From assembly GCA_949292985.1 (NCBI GenBank), contig CASFBF010000010.1, positions 164,585 to 228,584 on the forward strand: DNA of 64,000 nt, read 5' to 3'. A model generated the notes under the pieces. That model was not told the DNA's origin. It saw only the letters and a list, made by a program, of their open reading frames with translations, and ran no database searches. Origin of the DNA: an uncultured Bacillota bacterium (GTDB lineage Bacteria > Bacillota > Clostridia > Christensenellales > UBA1242). Each line of letters starts with the position of its first letter. The first letter of the stretch is position 1. This document shows positions 19,847 through 29,212 of the stretch, piece by piece. The position numbers were made by a program, and so were the translations under genes.

Positions 19847-21388
19847 TTATAAGGTTTGGTTTGGATTGTTTGACTTAGCCTTAAACTTATGCCACACTTC
19901 ACCAAGCACTTCTGATAAGATAGGATAAGTTAAAAACGCATAAAGGGCACAACCCATCAACACACTGCACACAATTTGCATAATATTTGACAAGACTATT
20001 TTCCTTGAAAACAATACAATCGATAAAGTCATTGCAGTGGAAGCGAGCAGTGGAAGCGCCAAATCAAAAAAGTCAACAGATATTTTCCTTTTGTTTTTAA
20101 TTAACGCCAAAATACAAACCGTAGCGGACAAGGCGATATTTCCAATAACCACCCCGTAAATATTTATGGTTGGCAAAGCGCATAGCAAATAAACGCATGC
20201 AATCTTTAACACCCCGCCTATTATGTATGAAGCCATGCAAAAACCAAACTTCCCTTTTGCCTGTAACAAAGCCACAAAAAATTGCATAAGTGCAGAGATT
20301 ACAACCGACGCTGAACCAAAATAGGTCAGATAAACAGCATAATCAAGCATAGCCTTATCAAGAGAAGGATAAACCAAACTATAAAGCGGTCTGCAAATGC
20401 AACAAAGCCCAAAAACAATTGGCAAAAGCACATACCACATAATTTTAAGGGCTTTTGAAATAGCCTGCTCACTATCATGCTGGGATAATTGTGCCTCCAT
20501 AAAAGAAACCGTTGGCAACATCGCCACAGATATTGAAGTTGATATGATAAGCGGAAAATTTAAAATTGCACCAACAACCCCTGTTTGCAAGCCAAATAAT
20601 GCAGTTGCAATCTGCGGAGCAAAACCAGCCACAGCAAGACGAGAAGTTACAATAAAACTATCAACAGCAGAAACAAACGGAAGAACTGCACTGCCAAAAG
20701 AAAGCGGAATTGAGGCCTTTAAAAAAACTCTTTGCATACACCTTTCTTTAACTGATGGCAATTTTGTTTTTATCTTCATGCTTATTGATAAAAAAATAAT
20801 TGCAGCAAGTTCACCAATTGTAACCCCTAAAAATGCGCCAAAAACGCCTGCTTCAACACCTTTTTTACCCAAAACAAAACTTAACCCTAGCCCCAATGCA
20901 AATTTAAAAACTTGCTCTAAAATTTGACTTACAGCAGTTGGCGTCATGTTTTCATAACCCTGGAAAACTCCCCTTAAAGAAGCGATAATGCCACCTAATG
21001 GAATTAAAAACACCATAAGCCTGTAAGATAAACAAGCACTGATAGAACCTTGCAAAGTTGCAATAGGTTTTGCCAAAACAAATAAAACTCCTCCACCTAA
21101 AACGCCAAACAAAATGCTGTAAAAAATTGCAACCCTAATAAGTGATTTTATTTTTGCATAATCACCCCTAGCCCTTGCCTGTGAAATAAATTTTGAAAGC
21201 GCCGTGGCAACACCTCCGCTTGTTAGAATAAGCATAAAAGAATAAACTGACATAACCATTTGAAACACGCCAATCCCTTCAATGCCTAAAATAGAGGTTA
21301 ACGGCAACCTAAAAAAAGCGCCCAAAAGTTTACAAATCAGCCCGCTTATAATTAAAACAATAGTACCTCTTCCAATACTTTTACTCAT
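19847..21388 (-). CDS. SpoVB/MurJ-family (MOP) polysaccharide or lipid II flippase
   Basis: KLLGAFFRLPL, RGVFQGYENMTPTAVSQILEQ, many TM helices. Confidence 0.88.
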   Translation of the reverse strand: MSKSIGRGTIVLIISGLICKLLGAFFRLPLTSILGIEGIGVFQMVMSVYSFMLILTSGGVATALSKFISQARARGDYAKIKSLIRVAIFYSILFGVLGGGVLFVLAKPIATLQGSISACLSYRLMVFLIPLGGIIASLRGVFQGYENMTPTAVSQILEQVFKFALGLGLSFVLGKKGVEAGVFGAFLGVTIGELAAIIFLSISMKIKTKLPSVKERCMQRVFLKASIPLSFGSAVLPFVSAVDSFIVTSRLAVAGFAPQIATALFGLQTGVVGAILNFPLIISTSISVAMLPTVSFMEAQLSQHDSEQAISKALKIMWYVLLPIVFGLCCICRPLYSLVYPSLDKAMLDYAVYLTYFGSASVVISALMQFFVALLQAKGKFGFCMASYIIGGVLKIACVYLLCALPTINIYGVVIGNIALSATVCILALIKNKRKISVDFFDLALPLLASTAMTLSIVLFSRKIVLSNIMQIVCSVLMGCALYAFLTYPILSEVLGEVWHKFKAKSNNPNQTL

Positions 21389-21480
21389 AAAAGTTAGTTT
21401 GCACGCATTAAAAAAAGTTATGCTTAGGGTATTTACAAAACAAAAAAAATGTGCTATAATTCGTCAATAAGGAGAAAGTT

Positions 21481-21975
21481 ATGGCAGACCAAACATTTAT
21501 TTCATACACCGATTCACAGAATAAAAAAGAGTTAGTACATCTTTGCATGGGTATTATGCGATCTTGTTATTATGACGAACCTCTTTCAGACCCAATGAAG
21601 GAATGGCTTGATTTAACAAGAAAATATTATTTATTTGGGACAGAAAACGCTGAAATGGAAAGAAAATGTCGACTATTTTTAAATTTATTTATTAAAAATT
21701 TTAACATTATAAAAGATTATCCTTGTTTTAAGCCATTTCAAAATTACTTACCGAATAAGGAAGCAAGGCATGTTTATTTAAAAGATCCAAAACAATCAGA
21801 AATTTTTGATATGGAAAAACTTATAGATGCAACAACCACCATAAATAACACTACTTATAACTTTAGACCTGCATCGGAAATCAATCTTGTTTCTGGTAAA
21901 GCAGTAACTGATGCTATTACTTCACAAATCAACACAATCAACGTTAACTTAGAAAGAGCAAATTATAGATTATAA
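21481..21975 (+). CDS. Hypothetical protein
   Basis: 164-aa ORF with AAGGAG RBS and TTTACA-N17-TATAAT promoter; no family recognised. Confidence 0.75.
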   Translation: MADQTFISYTDSQNKKELVHLCMGIMRSCYYDEPLSDPMKEWLDLTRKYYLFGTENAEMERKCRLFLNLFIKNFNIIKDYPCFKPFQNYLPNKEARHVYLKDPKQSEIFDMEKLIDATTTINNTTYNFRPASEINLVSGKAVTDAITSQINTINVNLERANYRL

Positions 21976-21977
21976 AA

Positions 21978-22020
21978 ACAGATAAAAAATGAAGCCAAAA
22001 TGCTTCATTTTTTTATCTGT
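21978..22020. terminator. Bidirectional terminator between convergent genes
   Basis: AAAAAATGAAGC-CAAAAT-GCTTCATTTTTT. Confidence 0.8.
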
Positions 22021-23269
22021 TTAAACTTAAACCATCCTGTTGTAAAAAAACGTCTCTAACGCTAAAATCATCATTGATAGAAACCTTATCTCGGTTTTTT
22101 TCTGCGCAAGAATCCAACGCCCTGTCTTCGCTAGTTATAAGCATACTTTTAAAACTATTTAACATTTCGTCTTGCAAATTAGAAGATTTTGCATTTATCA
22201 ATAAATTATCAAAACTTTTTTTATTTATACCTTGAAAATTTGGTTTGGGCAGATCAATCTTGGCGGGCCCTTTTGGTGTAAGAGAAATATCTTTTTTTGC
22301 TTTTTTCTTTTTGTCACCAGATTGTTTAATGAACGATTGCCCACCCTGTAACTTTGTTTTTGCTTTTGGAATTATGATTAAACTTTTAGTTGGGCTTGAC
22401 TTACCCGCTTTGCTAGAAGTTTCTTTTGCCGATTTAATAGGCTTTGGCGCCTGTGCATCATCAAGTTTTTTTGACACAATATCAAATCTTTTAACAGGCT
22501 TTGAATATATCAATGAAACTCTAATAAAATCAGGATTTTCTTGCGCAAACTTGTTAAAACCACCATTTTTTATAATCAAATCATCAAGTTTTAATCTAAG
22601 TTTTTGAAATACTCCGCTTTTGTTTGTCTGAGCAAGCGTATTTTCCATAATTGGTTTAAACTCTTCAATAATTACCTTGCCATTTTCGCCACTTTGTTCA
22701 AGCAACCTAAGCATTTCTTTAATGTAGAATTCAGATTGAATTTCAACAATATATTCTCTCTCTGCATTTTTTTGTTTTTGAATTTCACAAATTTCATCTA
22801 TCTTTTGAGAATATTCATCTTCAAAATCTTCAATCTCATTAAACAGATTGAACGCTTTTTTCGCCCGCTCTTTAAAATCGTCGTTATATTCACTTACATA
22901 TTGCGCAATAAAGCATACAAGGTCAGCACCGTCAAGTTTTTCTGTTAGATATAAATTTGCCACACCTTGATTATTTTCAGTTTTCCAGTATTTAACTGAA
23001 AAATTTAATGTAATATATTTCAATTGGCTTGTTGCCAAATACATGTTTGCAGAAACTTCTGTAATCAACTTTTTAACTTTAATTAAAATTTTTTTAGTTT
23101 CCTCGGGAATATCATATTTCCCTTCTGGCGTGAAATCTCCAAGAAGTTTATTCAAAAACAATTGGTCAACTTGATGCAGACGATAATAATCTATTAACGA
23201 GGGATTTTCTAAAACTTCCTCGCCACCAAAAACTTTAAGCATAACTTTTTGAGGTCGTGTTTCTGCCAT
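22013..23269 (-). CDS. Hypothetical protein (helical N-terminal part, Lys-rich C-terminal part)
   Basis: 418-aa ORF, AGGTG RBS, TATAAT upstream; no family recognised. Confidence 0.75.
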   Translation of the reverse strand: MAETRPQKVMLKVFGGEEVLENPSLIDYYRLHQVDQLFLNKLLGDFTPEGKYDIPEETKKILIKVKKLITEVSANMYLATSQLKYITLNFSVKYWKTENNQGVANLYLTEKLDGADLVCFIAQYVSEYNDDFKERAKKAFNLFNEIEDFEDEYSQKIDEICEIQKQKNAEREYIVEIQSEFYIKEMLRLLEQSGENGKVIIEEFKPIMENTLAQTNKSGVFQKLRLKLDDLIIKNGGFNKFAQENPDFIRVSLIYSKPVKRFDIVSKKLDDAQAPKPIKSAKETSSKAGKSSPTKSLIIIPKAKTKLQGGQSFIKQSGDKKKKAKKDISLTPKGPAKIDLPKPNFQGINKKSFDNLLINAKSSNLQDEMLNSFKSMLITSEDRALDSCAEKNRDKVSINDDFSVRDVFLQQDGLSLNR

Positions 23270-23337
23270 ATTTCACCTATGGCTATTATACTATAAATTT
23301 GCTTAGAATGCAAGAATTTTTAATTGAACATATTTCC

Positions 23338-23649
23338 TTACTTTTTTATAAAAGTTTGGCAATATGGCCTGCCACGATAATCATTTATTGTAATTCCATT
23401 TGCTTCGCATATGCCTTCTTTATTTAATAAGCATTTTGCACAACATTCAATCTTTATTGATTTGGTGTCTCGTTGAGGCGCAAATTTGGGAGTTTTTTCA
23501 AAAATGCTTACTACTTTATCAGCATCTGGCTTTGAACTATCATTCTCATAAATTTGGCAAACCGCATTTTTTGAAACAGCCAAATTTTTTGCCTTGCATG
23601 TATAGTGATTATTAAACTTACAATCCAGTTTTCTACATCTTAAATCCAT
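23338..23649 (-). CDS. DUF1540-like Cys-rich protein (two repeats)
   Basis: Two C-x3/4-C-x2-N-x4-C-x-A...C modules; AGGAG RBS. Confidence 0.7.
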   Translation of the reverse strand: MDLRCRKLDCKFNNHYTCKAKNLAVSKNAVCQIYENDSSKPDADKVVSIFEKTPKFAPQRDTKSIKIECCAKCLLNKEGICEANGITINDYRGRPYCQTFIKK

Positions 23650-23730
23650 TAGTTTCTCCTAAATAATAGTTTTAGCAATTTATTTGACTTTTAACCAAAT
23701 TATAGGTAAAATTTTGATAGCGAGGTTAAA

Positions 23731-24171
23731 ATGAAAGTTTTATTATTAAAAGATGTTAAAGGCTGTGGCAAAAAAGGTGATGTCAAGGAAGTTGCAAATG
23801 GTTACGGGCAAAACTTTTTAATAAAAAACGGATTTGCAAAAGTGGCAGACAACAGTGCACTTTCCATGAACTCACAAAAATTGTCTTCTGAGCAATACCA
23901 TATGGCGCAAGCACTTGAATCAGCCAAAAATGAAAAATCAAAATTAGATAAACTATCGCTAAGTTTTGAAATAAAATGTGGCGAAAACGGAAAAAGTTTT
24001 GGGTCCATCACAAGCAAGGAAATCAGCGAAAAACTATCGCAAATGGGCTATCAAATTGACAAGAAAAAAATAGACTGTCCACAACTAAAAGAAGTTGGCG
24101 ACTACAAAATAAAAATCAAACTTCACCCACAAGTTGTGGCAACAATAAATGTAAAGGTGGCAAGCGCATGA
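23731..24171 (+). CDS. rplI: 50S ribosomal protein L9
   Basis: [46 protein letters not shown]. Confidence 0.97.
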   Translation: MKVLLLKDVKGCGKKGDVKEVANGYGQNFLIKNGFAKVADNSALSMNSQKLSSEQYHMAQALESAKNEKSKLDKLSLSFEIKCGENGKSFGSITSKEISEKLSQMGYQIDKKKIDCPQLKEVGDYKIKIKLHPQVVATINVKVASA

Positions 24172-24947
24172 AAATTCCAAAGATAATTCACTATGTATGG
24201 TTAGGCACAAATAAAAAACCCGACTTATTCTACAAATGTTTGGAAAGTTGGAAAAAATATTGTCCAGACTACGAAATAAAAGAATGGAACGAATCTAACT
24301 TCGACTTTTCGGAAAGCCGTTTTGCTTCGGAGGCATATTCAAAGAAAAAATGGGGTTTTGTTCCTGATTATATTAGAGCAAAAGTTTTATACGAATATGG
24401 CGGAATTTATTTAGATACTGATGTTGAACTTACAAAATCATTTGATGATTTATTAGACCATGATTTTTTAATAAGTTTTGAAAATGATGTTTATGTTGAA
24501 ACAGCAGTTTTAGGTTCCGCTCCAAAACACCCGTTTTTGAAAAGGATGTGCGATTTTTATCTTACCCATCCTTTTATAAAGAAAAACGGAAAAATGGATT
24601 TAACTCCATCTACCCCACTTTGGACATGTGTTCTTAAAAAATACTATGGCTTGAAGTTAAAAGCCAGCACACAAGTTTTGCATGAACTAGCAAATCCAAA
24701 TGCTCCAACAGTTACAGTATTTAATCATGATTATTTTTGTCCTATAAATTACACAACCAAAACATTAAACAAAACATCAAACACATATGCCATACATTAT
24801 TTTGACGCATCATGGTTTTCTAAAAAATTGAAAACACGAGAAAAGTTTTTGAAAGGGCTTTATAAAGTGTTGGGAAGAAAAACTTTTGCATTCTTCACAA
24901 AGCAATATGTAAAAAGCGTGAACAATAAAATTAAAAAAGAAATTTAA
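24168..24947 (+). CDS. Glycosyltransferase family 32 (DXD sugar-binding)
   Basis: [47 protein letters not shown]. Confidence 0.92.
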   Translation: MKIPKIIHYVWLGTNKKPDLFYKCLESWKKYCPDYEIKEWNESNFDFSESRFASEAYSKKKWGFVPDYIRAKVLYEYGGIYLDTDVELTKSFDDLLDHDFLISFENDVYVETAVLGSAPKHPFLKRMCDFYLTHPFIKKNGKMDLTPSTPLWTCVLKKYYGLKLKASTQVLHELANPNAPTVTVFNHDYFCPINYTTKTLNKTSNTYAIHYFDASWFSKKLKTREKFLKGLYKVLGRKTFAFFTKQYVKSVNNKIKKEI

Positions 24948-24972
24948 AAAAACGGGATAATTCCCGTTTTTT
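24946..24972. terminator. Bidirectional terminator
   Basis: AAAAAACGGGA-TAAT-TCCCGTTTTTT between convergent genes. Confidence 0.8.
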
Positions 24973-26056
24973 ATTCGCCTTCTTCAAGTTTTTCGGTTCT
25001 ATCTTTCAATATCAATGCATCTATAAATATATCAATGTCCCCGTTTAAAACGCCTTCAAGGTCAAAAGACGAAACATTTACACGATGGTCTGTAACTCTG
25101 CCCTGAGGGTAATTGTATGTTCGCACCCTTTCACTTCTATCACCAGTTCCAACCTGTGCACGCCTGTTGTCTTTAAACTCTTTTTCCTTTTGCGATTGAT
25201 AAAGTTCATAAAGTTTGCTTTGCAATATGCGCATTGCTTTTTCACGGTTCTTTATTTGGCTTCGCTCATCTTGGCAAGTTACAACAATTCCTGTTGGAAT
25301 ATGTGTAAGGCGTATTGCACTGTCGGTTTTGTTAATATGTTGACCACCTGCACCACTGGCACGGTATGTATCAACTCTTAAATCACTATCCAAAATTTCA
25401 AAATCAACTTCTTCAATTTCAGGAAGCACAGCAACTGTTGCAGTTGATGTATGAATGCGCCCCTGCGACTCTGTTTCAGGCACTCTTTGCACTCTATGCA
25501 CACCAGCCTCATACTTTAATCGGCTGTAAGCGCCTTTGCCTTTAACAATAAATGTTACTTCCTTTATCCCGCCAAGTTCTGTTTCATTTACATCAGAAAT
25601 TTCAATTTTCCAGTGATGTTTTTCTGCGTAATAAGTGTACATTCTTAACAATTCAGTTGCAAACAATGCACTTTCTTCGCCACCTGCTGCGGCACGGATT
25701 TCCATAATAATGTTGCCGTCGTCGTTTTCATCTTTTGGAAGAAGCATAAATTTAATTTGTTCACAAACTTCTTCAATTTGCTTTTGCAAGTTTTCACATT
25801 CTTCTTCAAACATAGATTTTAATTCATGATCTTTTTCTGAATCTCTATCTTTTTCGCATTGTGCTTTGTCGCCAATCAACTTTTCTAACTTTTGTGAAGC
25901 CTCAACAATTTCTTGCAAAGAAGCGTGCTCTTTTGCAAGCGCCCTCCAACTTTTGTTATCCGCAATAACAAACGGCGATGAAATTAAATTTGATAATTCA
26001 TCGCTTCTGCTTCTAATTTTTAAAGTTTTTTGTAAGATTTCATTTGCGTTTGTCAT
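24971..26056 (-). CDS. prfA: Peptide chain release factor 1
   Basis: GVHRVQRVPETESQGRIHTS (PxT motif), GAGGQH, RTYNYPQGRVTDHR. Confidence 0.97.
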   Translation of the reverse strand: MTNANEILQKTLKIRSRSDELSNLISSPFVIADNKSWRALAKEHASLQEIVEASQKLEKLIGDKAQCEKDRDSEKDHELKSMFEEECENLQKQIEEVCEQIKFMLLPKDENDDGNIIMEIRAAAGGEESALFATELLRMYTYYAEKHHWKIEISDVNETELGGIKEVTFIVKGKGAYSRLKYEAGVHRVQRVPETESQGRIHTSTATVAVLPEIEEVDFEILDSDLRVDTYRASGAGGQHINKTDSAIRLTHIPTGIVVTCQDERSQIKNREKAMRILQSKLYELYQSQKEKEFKDNRRAQVGTGDRSERVRTYNYPQGRVTDHRVNVSSFDLEGVLNGDIDIFIDALILKDRTEKLEEGE

Positions 26057-27758
26057 ATTTTGCCTTTACCACTCTAACTATTTTAGCATAATCTTTTTTT
26101 GATGAAATGTCAACAAATCCCGCTTCACTAAGCAGTTTTTCAACATCTTTAAACTGACCTTGACCAATTTCTAGGAAGAGCATTCCCCCTTTTGTCAAAT
26201 GTTGTGGTGCTTGCTGAGCAATTATTCGATAAAATTTTAATCCGTCTTCACCTCCGTCCAAAGCAATTGAAGGGTCGTAATTCTTTACTTCTTCATCAAG
26301 CCCAACAATATCCAATGTTCTTATATATGGCGGATTTGAAACAATCACATCAAACTTTTTTCTGTTTTTAAGTTTTGAAAACATGTCGCTTTCAATAAAC
26401 TCCACCTTAACGCCATTTTTTTCAGCGTTGGTTTTGGCGGTTTGAAGCGCTTGCTTAGAAACATCTATTGCGCTGACTTTTGCGTTTGAAAATTTTGCTA
26501 TCGTTACGGCTATTGCCCCACTGCCCGTACCTAAATCTAGTACCTCTGCGTTTTTATGTTCTTTTAAATATTTTAAAACCTCTTCTACTAAAATTTCGGT
26601 TTCCATTCTAGGCGCAAGCACTTTTTTATTTACATCAAATTTTAAACCGTAAAACTCTACAAAACCAAATATCGCAGAAAGCGGTTTGCCTGAGGCACGC
26701 ATAGATGTTGCTCTTAAAATTTCTTGTGCTTGTTTTGGTGTGAAAAATTTGGTAAGTTTAGCCTCCGCCCTTGACACACCAAGCACGGTTGCTATAATCC
26801 ACTCAACATCACTTTTTTCGTATTTTCCCGCCTTTTCAAGTTCTGTTTGCATTTCTGCAAGCAAAGATGAAAGCGCAATTTTATCATCGTTCAACTGCTT
26901 TTCTCCTGTAAAAAGTTTTGCTTCGTTCAGTGCAACCCTTGCAATTTCGTCATGTGTTGTGCTGGGTTTTGCTGAAACAAAAAAATCTGTAATTAGTGCA
27001 ATCATCCTAAGCGAAGGAAGTTTATCAAACAACAAACAAATTTCAAAAGCCACGCCAGCACAAAACAAAAATATTGCAAGATTTATTAAAAAATTCCAAT
27101 GCGCCGCAATACTTATTCCTACACATGTTATCACAAACATTGATAAAAGAAAAGTAAAAACAATTATATTTAAAACATTAAACGGGGTGTGATATTCTGC
27201 TTTACCAGATTTTAATGTGCTTCCTTGCCTAAGCCTGACTTGATTGCAAGCACCGTTAAATTTGTATAAATCTTGCATAGCAGGAATAAATCTTAAAATC
27301 AACAAGATAAGATAAAAAAGAAAAACTTTAACAAGCGCTATTAAAAAATTTCTAAGCGCAAAATTCATACTCATGCCTATAAACACAAAAGAAAGTTTTG
27401 TGGGAACATACCCAAATAACACCAGTGCCACAACCAAACTGATTAACAGCAAAATTGAAATAATAACACTTTCTCTTTTTACATTCAGTTTTCCCGCAAT
27501 TTTTTCGCTTACGCCACCACTTGGCAATGGTTGTGAAGAAAGTTTGGTGGAGTCCCAAAAAGCACATAACAGTGCAATAATTGAAGCAAAAAAGTATGAA
27601 ATTCCCCTAAAAATTGGAAAATTCCATAAAATTATCTTATTTTTTGTGCGCCCGCTTCTTAATCGTTTAGCGCCACGCTCATCAATCACAGCCAAAGCAA
27701 AGCGCTTTGAAGTTTGACAACGCACGCCTATCGAACAAGGAAAAAAGAATTCTTTCAT
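26040..27758 (-). CDS. prmC: Fusion of a degenerate DUF1385-like membrane domain and release factor glutamine methyltransferase PrmC
   Basis: C-terminal half has PRMETEILVE, LDLGTGSGAI, SNPPYI, ALDGGEDGL. N-terminal ~280 aa is multi-TM with a PIFRG motif; located between rpmE and prfA. Confidence 0.88.
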   Translation of the reverse strand: MKEFFFPCSIGVRCQTSKRFALAVIDERGAKRLRSGRTKNKIILWNFPIFRGISYFFASIIALLCAFWDSTKLSSQPLPSGGVSEKIAGKLNVKRESVIISILLLISLVVALVLFGYVPTKLSFVFIGMSMNFALRNFLIALVKVFLFYLILLILRFIPAMQDLYKFNGACNQVRLRQGSTLKSGKAEYHTPFNVLNIIVFTFLLSMFVITCVGISIAAHWNFLINLAIFLFCAGVAFEICLLFDKLPSLRMIALITDFFVSAKPSTTHDEIARVALNEAKLFTGEKQLNDDKIALSSLLAEMQTELEKAGKYEKSDVEWIIATVLGVSRAEAKLTKFFTPKQAQEILRATSMRASGKPLSAIFGFVEFYGLKFDVNKKVLAPRMETEILVEEVLKYLKEHKNAEVLDLGTGSGAIAVTIAKFSNAKVSAIDVSKQALQTAKTNAEKNGVKVEFIESDMFSKLKNRKKFDVIVSNPPYIRTLDIVGLDEEVKNYDPSIALDGGEDGLKFYRIIAQQAPQHLTKGGMLFLEIGQGQFKDVEKLLSEAGFVDISSKKDYAKIVRVVKAKYDKRK

Positions 27759-27837
27759 GCCAAGATTATTGACACAAAAGAATATTTTAGACTTTTATTT
27801 AATAAAAAACAAACTCCCGTTTAGGAGTTTATTTTTA

Positions 27838-28044
27838 TTAGTTAAGACCATATTTTTTCTTAAATTTATCAACTGTTCCACTAGCGTCTACAATCTTCTT
27901 CTTTCCAGTGAAGTATGGGTGGCATTTATTGCAAATATCCACACTTAATGTGTCGCCTTTAACAGTTGAACGAGTTTTAAAAGTGTTGCCACAAGCGCAG
28001 GTTACTGTAACCTCGTGATAATCTGGATGAATATTCTCTTTCAT
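27838..28044 (-). CDS. rpmE: 50S ribosomal protein L31 (Zn-binding type)
   Basis: [26 protein letters not shown]. Confidence 0.97.
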   Translation of the reverse strand: MKENIHPDYHEVTVTCACGNTFKTRSTVKGDTLSVDICNKCHPYFTGKKKIVDASGTVDKFKKKYGLN

Positions 28045-28055
28045 TTTACGCCTCC

Positions 28056-28313
28056 TTAGTCCCCAACAAATGGAAGAAGTGCCACATTTCTTGCTCTCTT
28101 AATTGCAAGGGCAAGTTTTCTTTGATGATGAGAACAAACACCTGTTTGTCTTCTTGGCAAAATCTTTCCTTTCTCGGTTATGAATTTTTTAAGTTTAGCA
28201 ACATCTTTATAGTCTATTTCTTTTTCACCAGCAACGCAGAATGCACAAACTTTCTTTTTTGATGGTTTGCGGAATTTTTTTGCTGGTTTTTCTTCAACTT
28301 TAACTTCGCTCAT
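28056..28313 (-). CDS. rpsR: 30S ribosomal protein S18
   Basis: [39 protein letters not shown]. Confidence 0.98.
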   Translation of the reverse strand: MSEVKVEEKPAKKFRKPSKKKVCAFCVAGEKEIDYKDVAKLKKFITEKGKILPRRQTGVCSHHQRKLALAIKRARNVALLPFVGD

Positions 28314-28325
28314 TTTTATCTCCTT

Positions 28326-28742
28326 TTAAAATGGAAGCGAGTCATCATCAATAGGTTCAAGGTCTGCAACCGGCTTTGAAGATTTTTCAATTCTTTCAGC
28401 CATAGGTGCATCGCCATCCTCTCTCTGTCTCGTTCCAACAAATTCAACATTATCTGCAACAACTTCTGTTACATATCTTCTTGTTCCATCTTGTGCTTCG
28501 TATGATGAAGTTTGAATTCTTCCTTCTACTGCACATTTAGAACCTTTTTTCAAATATTTATGACAATTTTCGGCTTGTCCACGCCAAACAACAATATTGA
28601 TGAAATCGGCATCTCTTTCGCCCTCAGCGTTTTGAAATCTTCTTTGAACTGCAATTGTAAATCTGCAAACTGAAACTCCACCGTTTGTGGTTGCAAGTTC
28701 AGGGTCTTTTGAAAGATTTCCAATTAAAATAACTTTGTTCAT
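28326..28742 (-). CDS. ssb: Single-stranded DNA-binding protein
   Basis: MNKVILIGNL, ADFINIVVW, DDDSLPF tail. Confidence 0.97.
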   Translation of the reverse strand: MNKVILIGNLSKDPELATTNGGVSVCRFTIAVQRRFQNAEGERDADFINIVVWRGQAENCHKYLKKGSKCAVEGRIQTSSYEAQDGTRRYVTEVVADNVEFVGTRQREDGDAPMAERIEKSSKPVADLEPIDDDSLPF

Positions 28743-28762
28743 AATTTTCTCCTAATTAAGTG

Positions 28763-29044
28763 TTAAATTCTAACAAATTGATGACGCATAATGCCGTCTG
28801 TGATATTCATAAGTTTGCTTATTGCATCAACTTCGGTTGCAGGCACTTGTGCTTTGATAAGAACATAGAACCCTTCGTTTTTGAAGTTGATTGGGTAAGC
28901 AAGTTTTTTCATACCCCATTTTTCTACGCCCTCAACATTACCGCCTTTGGTTTGAATAAGAGATTTAAATTTTTCAATAATTTCTTCTCTTTTTTCTTCA
29001 CTTGCATCTGGTGCAATAATGAAAAGCAATTCATATTTAGGCAT
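28763..29044 (-). CDS. rpsF: 30S ribosomal protein S6
   Basis: Start re-assigned to ATG 29044 (AAGGAGG RBS): MPKYELLFII...WGMKKLAYPI..EGFY. Confidence 0.96.
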   Translation of the reverse strand: MPKYELLFIIAPDASEEKREEIIEKFKSLIQTKGGNVEGVEKWGMKKLAYPINFKNEGFYVLIKAQVPATEVDAISKLMNITDGIMRHQFVRI

Positions 29045-29050
29045 ATATAT

Positions 29051-29099
29051 TTCCTCCTTTTGGACAAATTTGGCTCTTTTCACATAAAAAGAGCAAGGA
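29051..29099 (-). promoter_or_regulatory. Probable S6:S18 autoregulatory leader
   Basis: Minus strand CCTT-GCTCTTTT..AAAAGAGC-CA..CC-AAAAGGAGG hairpin able to pair with the rpsF RBS; TTGCAA-N17-TATACT promoter upstream. Confidence 0.6.
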
Positions 29100-29212
29100 T
29101 TTTTTATCGACTGGCTAAGTATAGCATAAAACTTTTCAACTTGCAAGCAAAAGTTTTGAAATTTTAAAAAAACACACATTCTTCCTAACAGTCAGAATAT
29201 GTGTTTAAGGTT

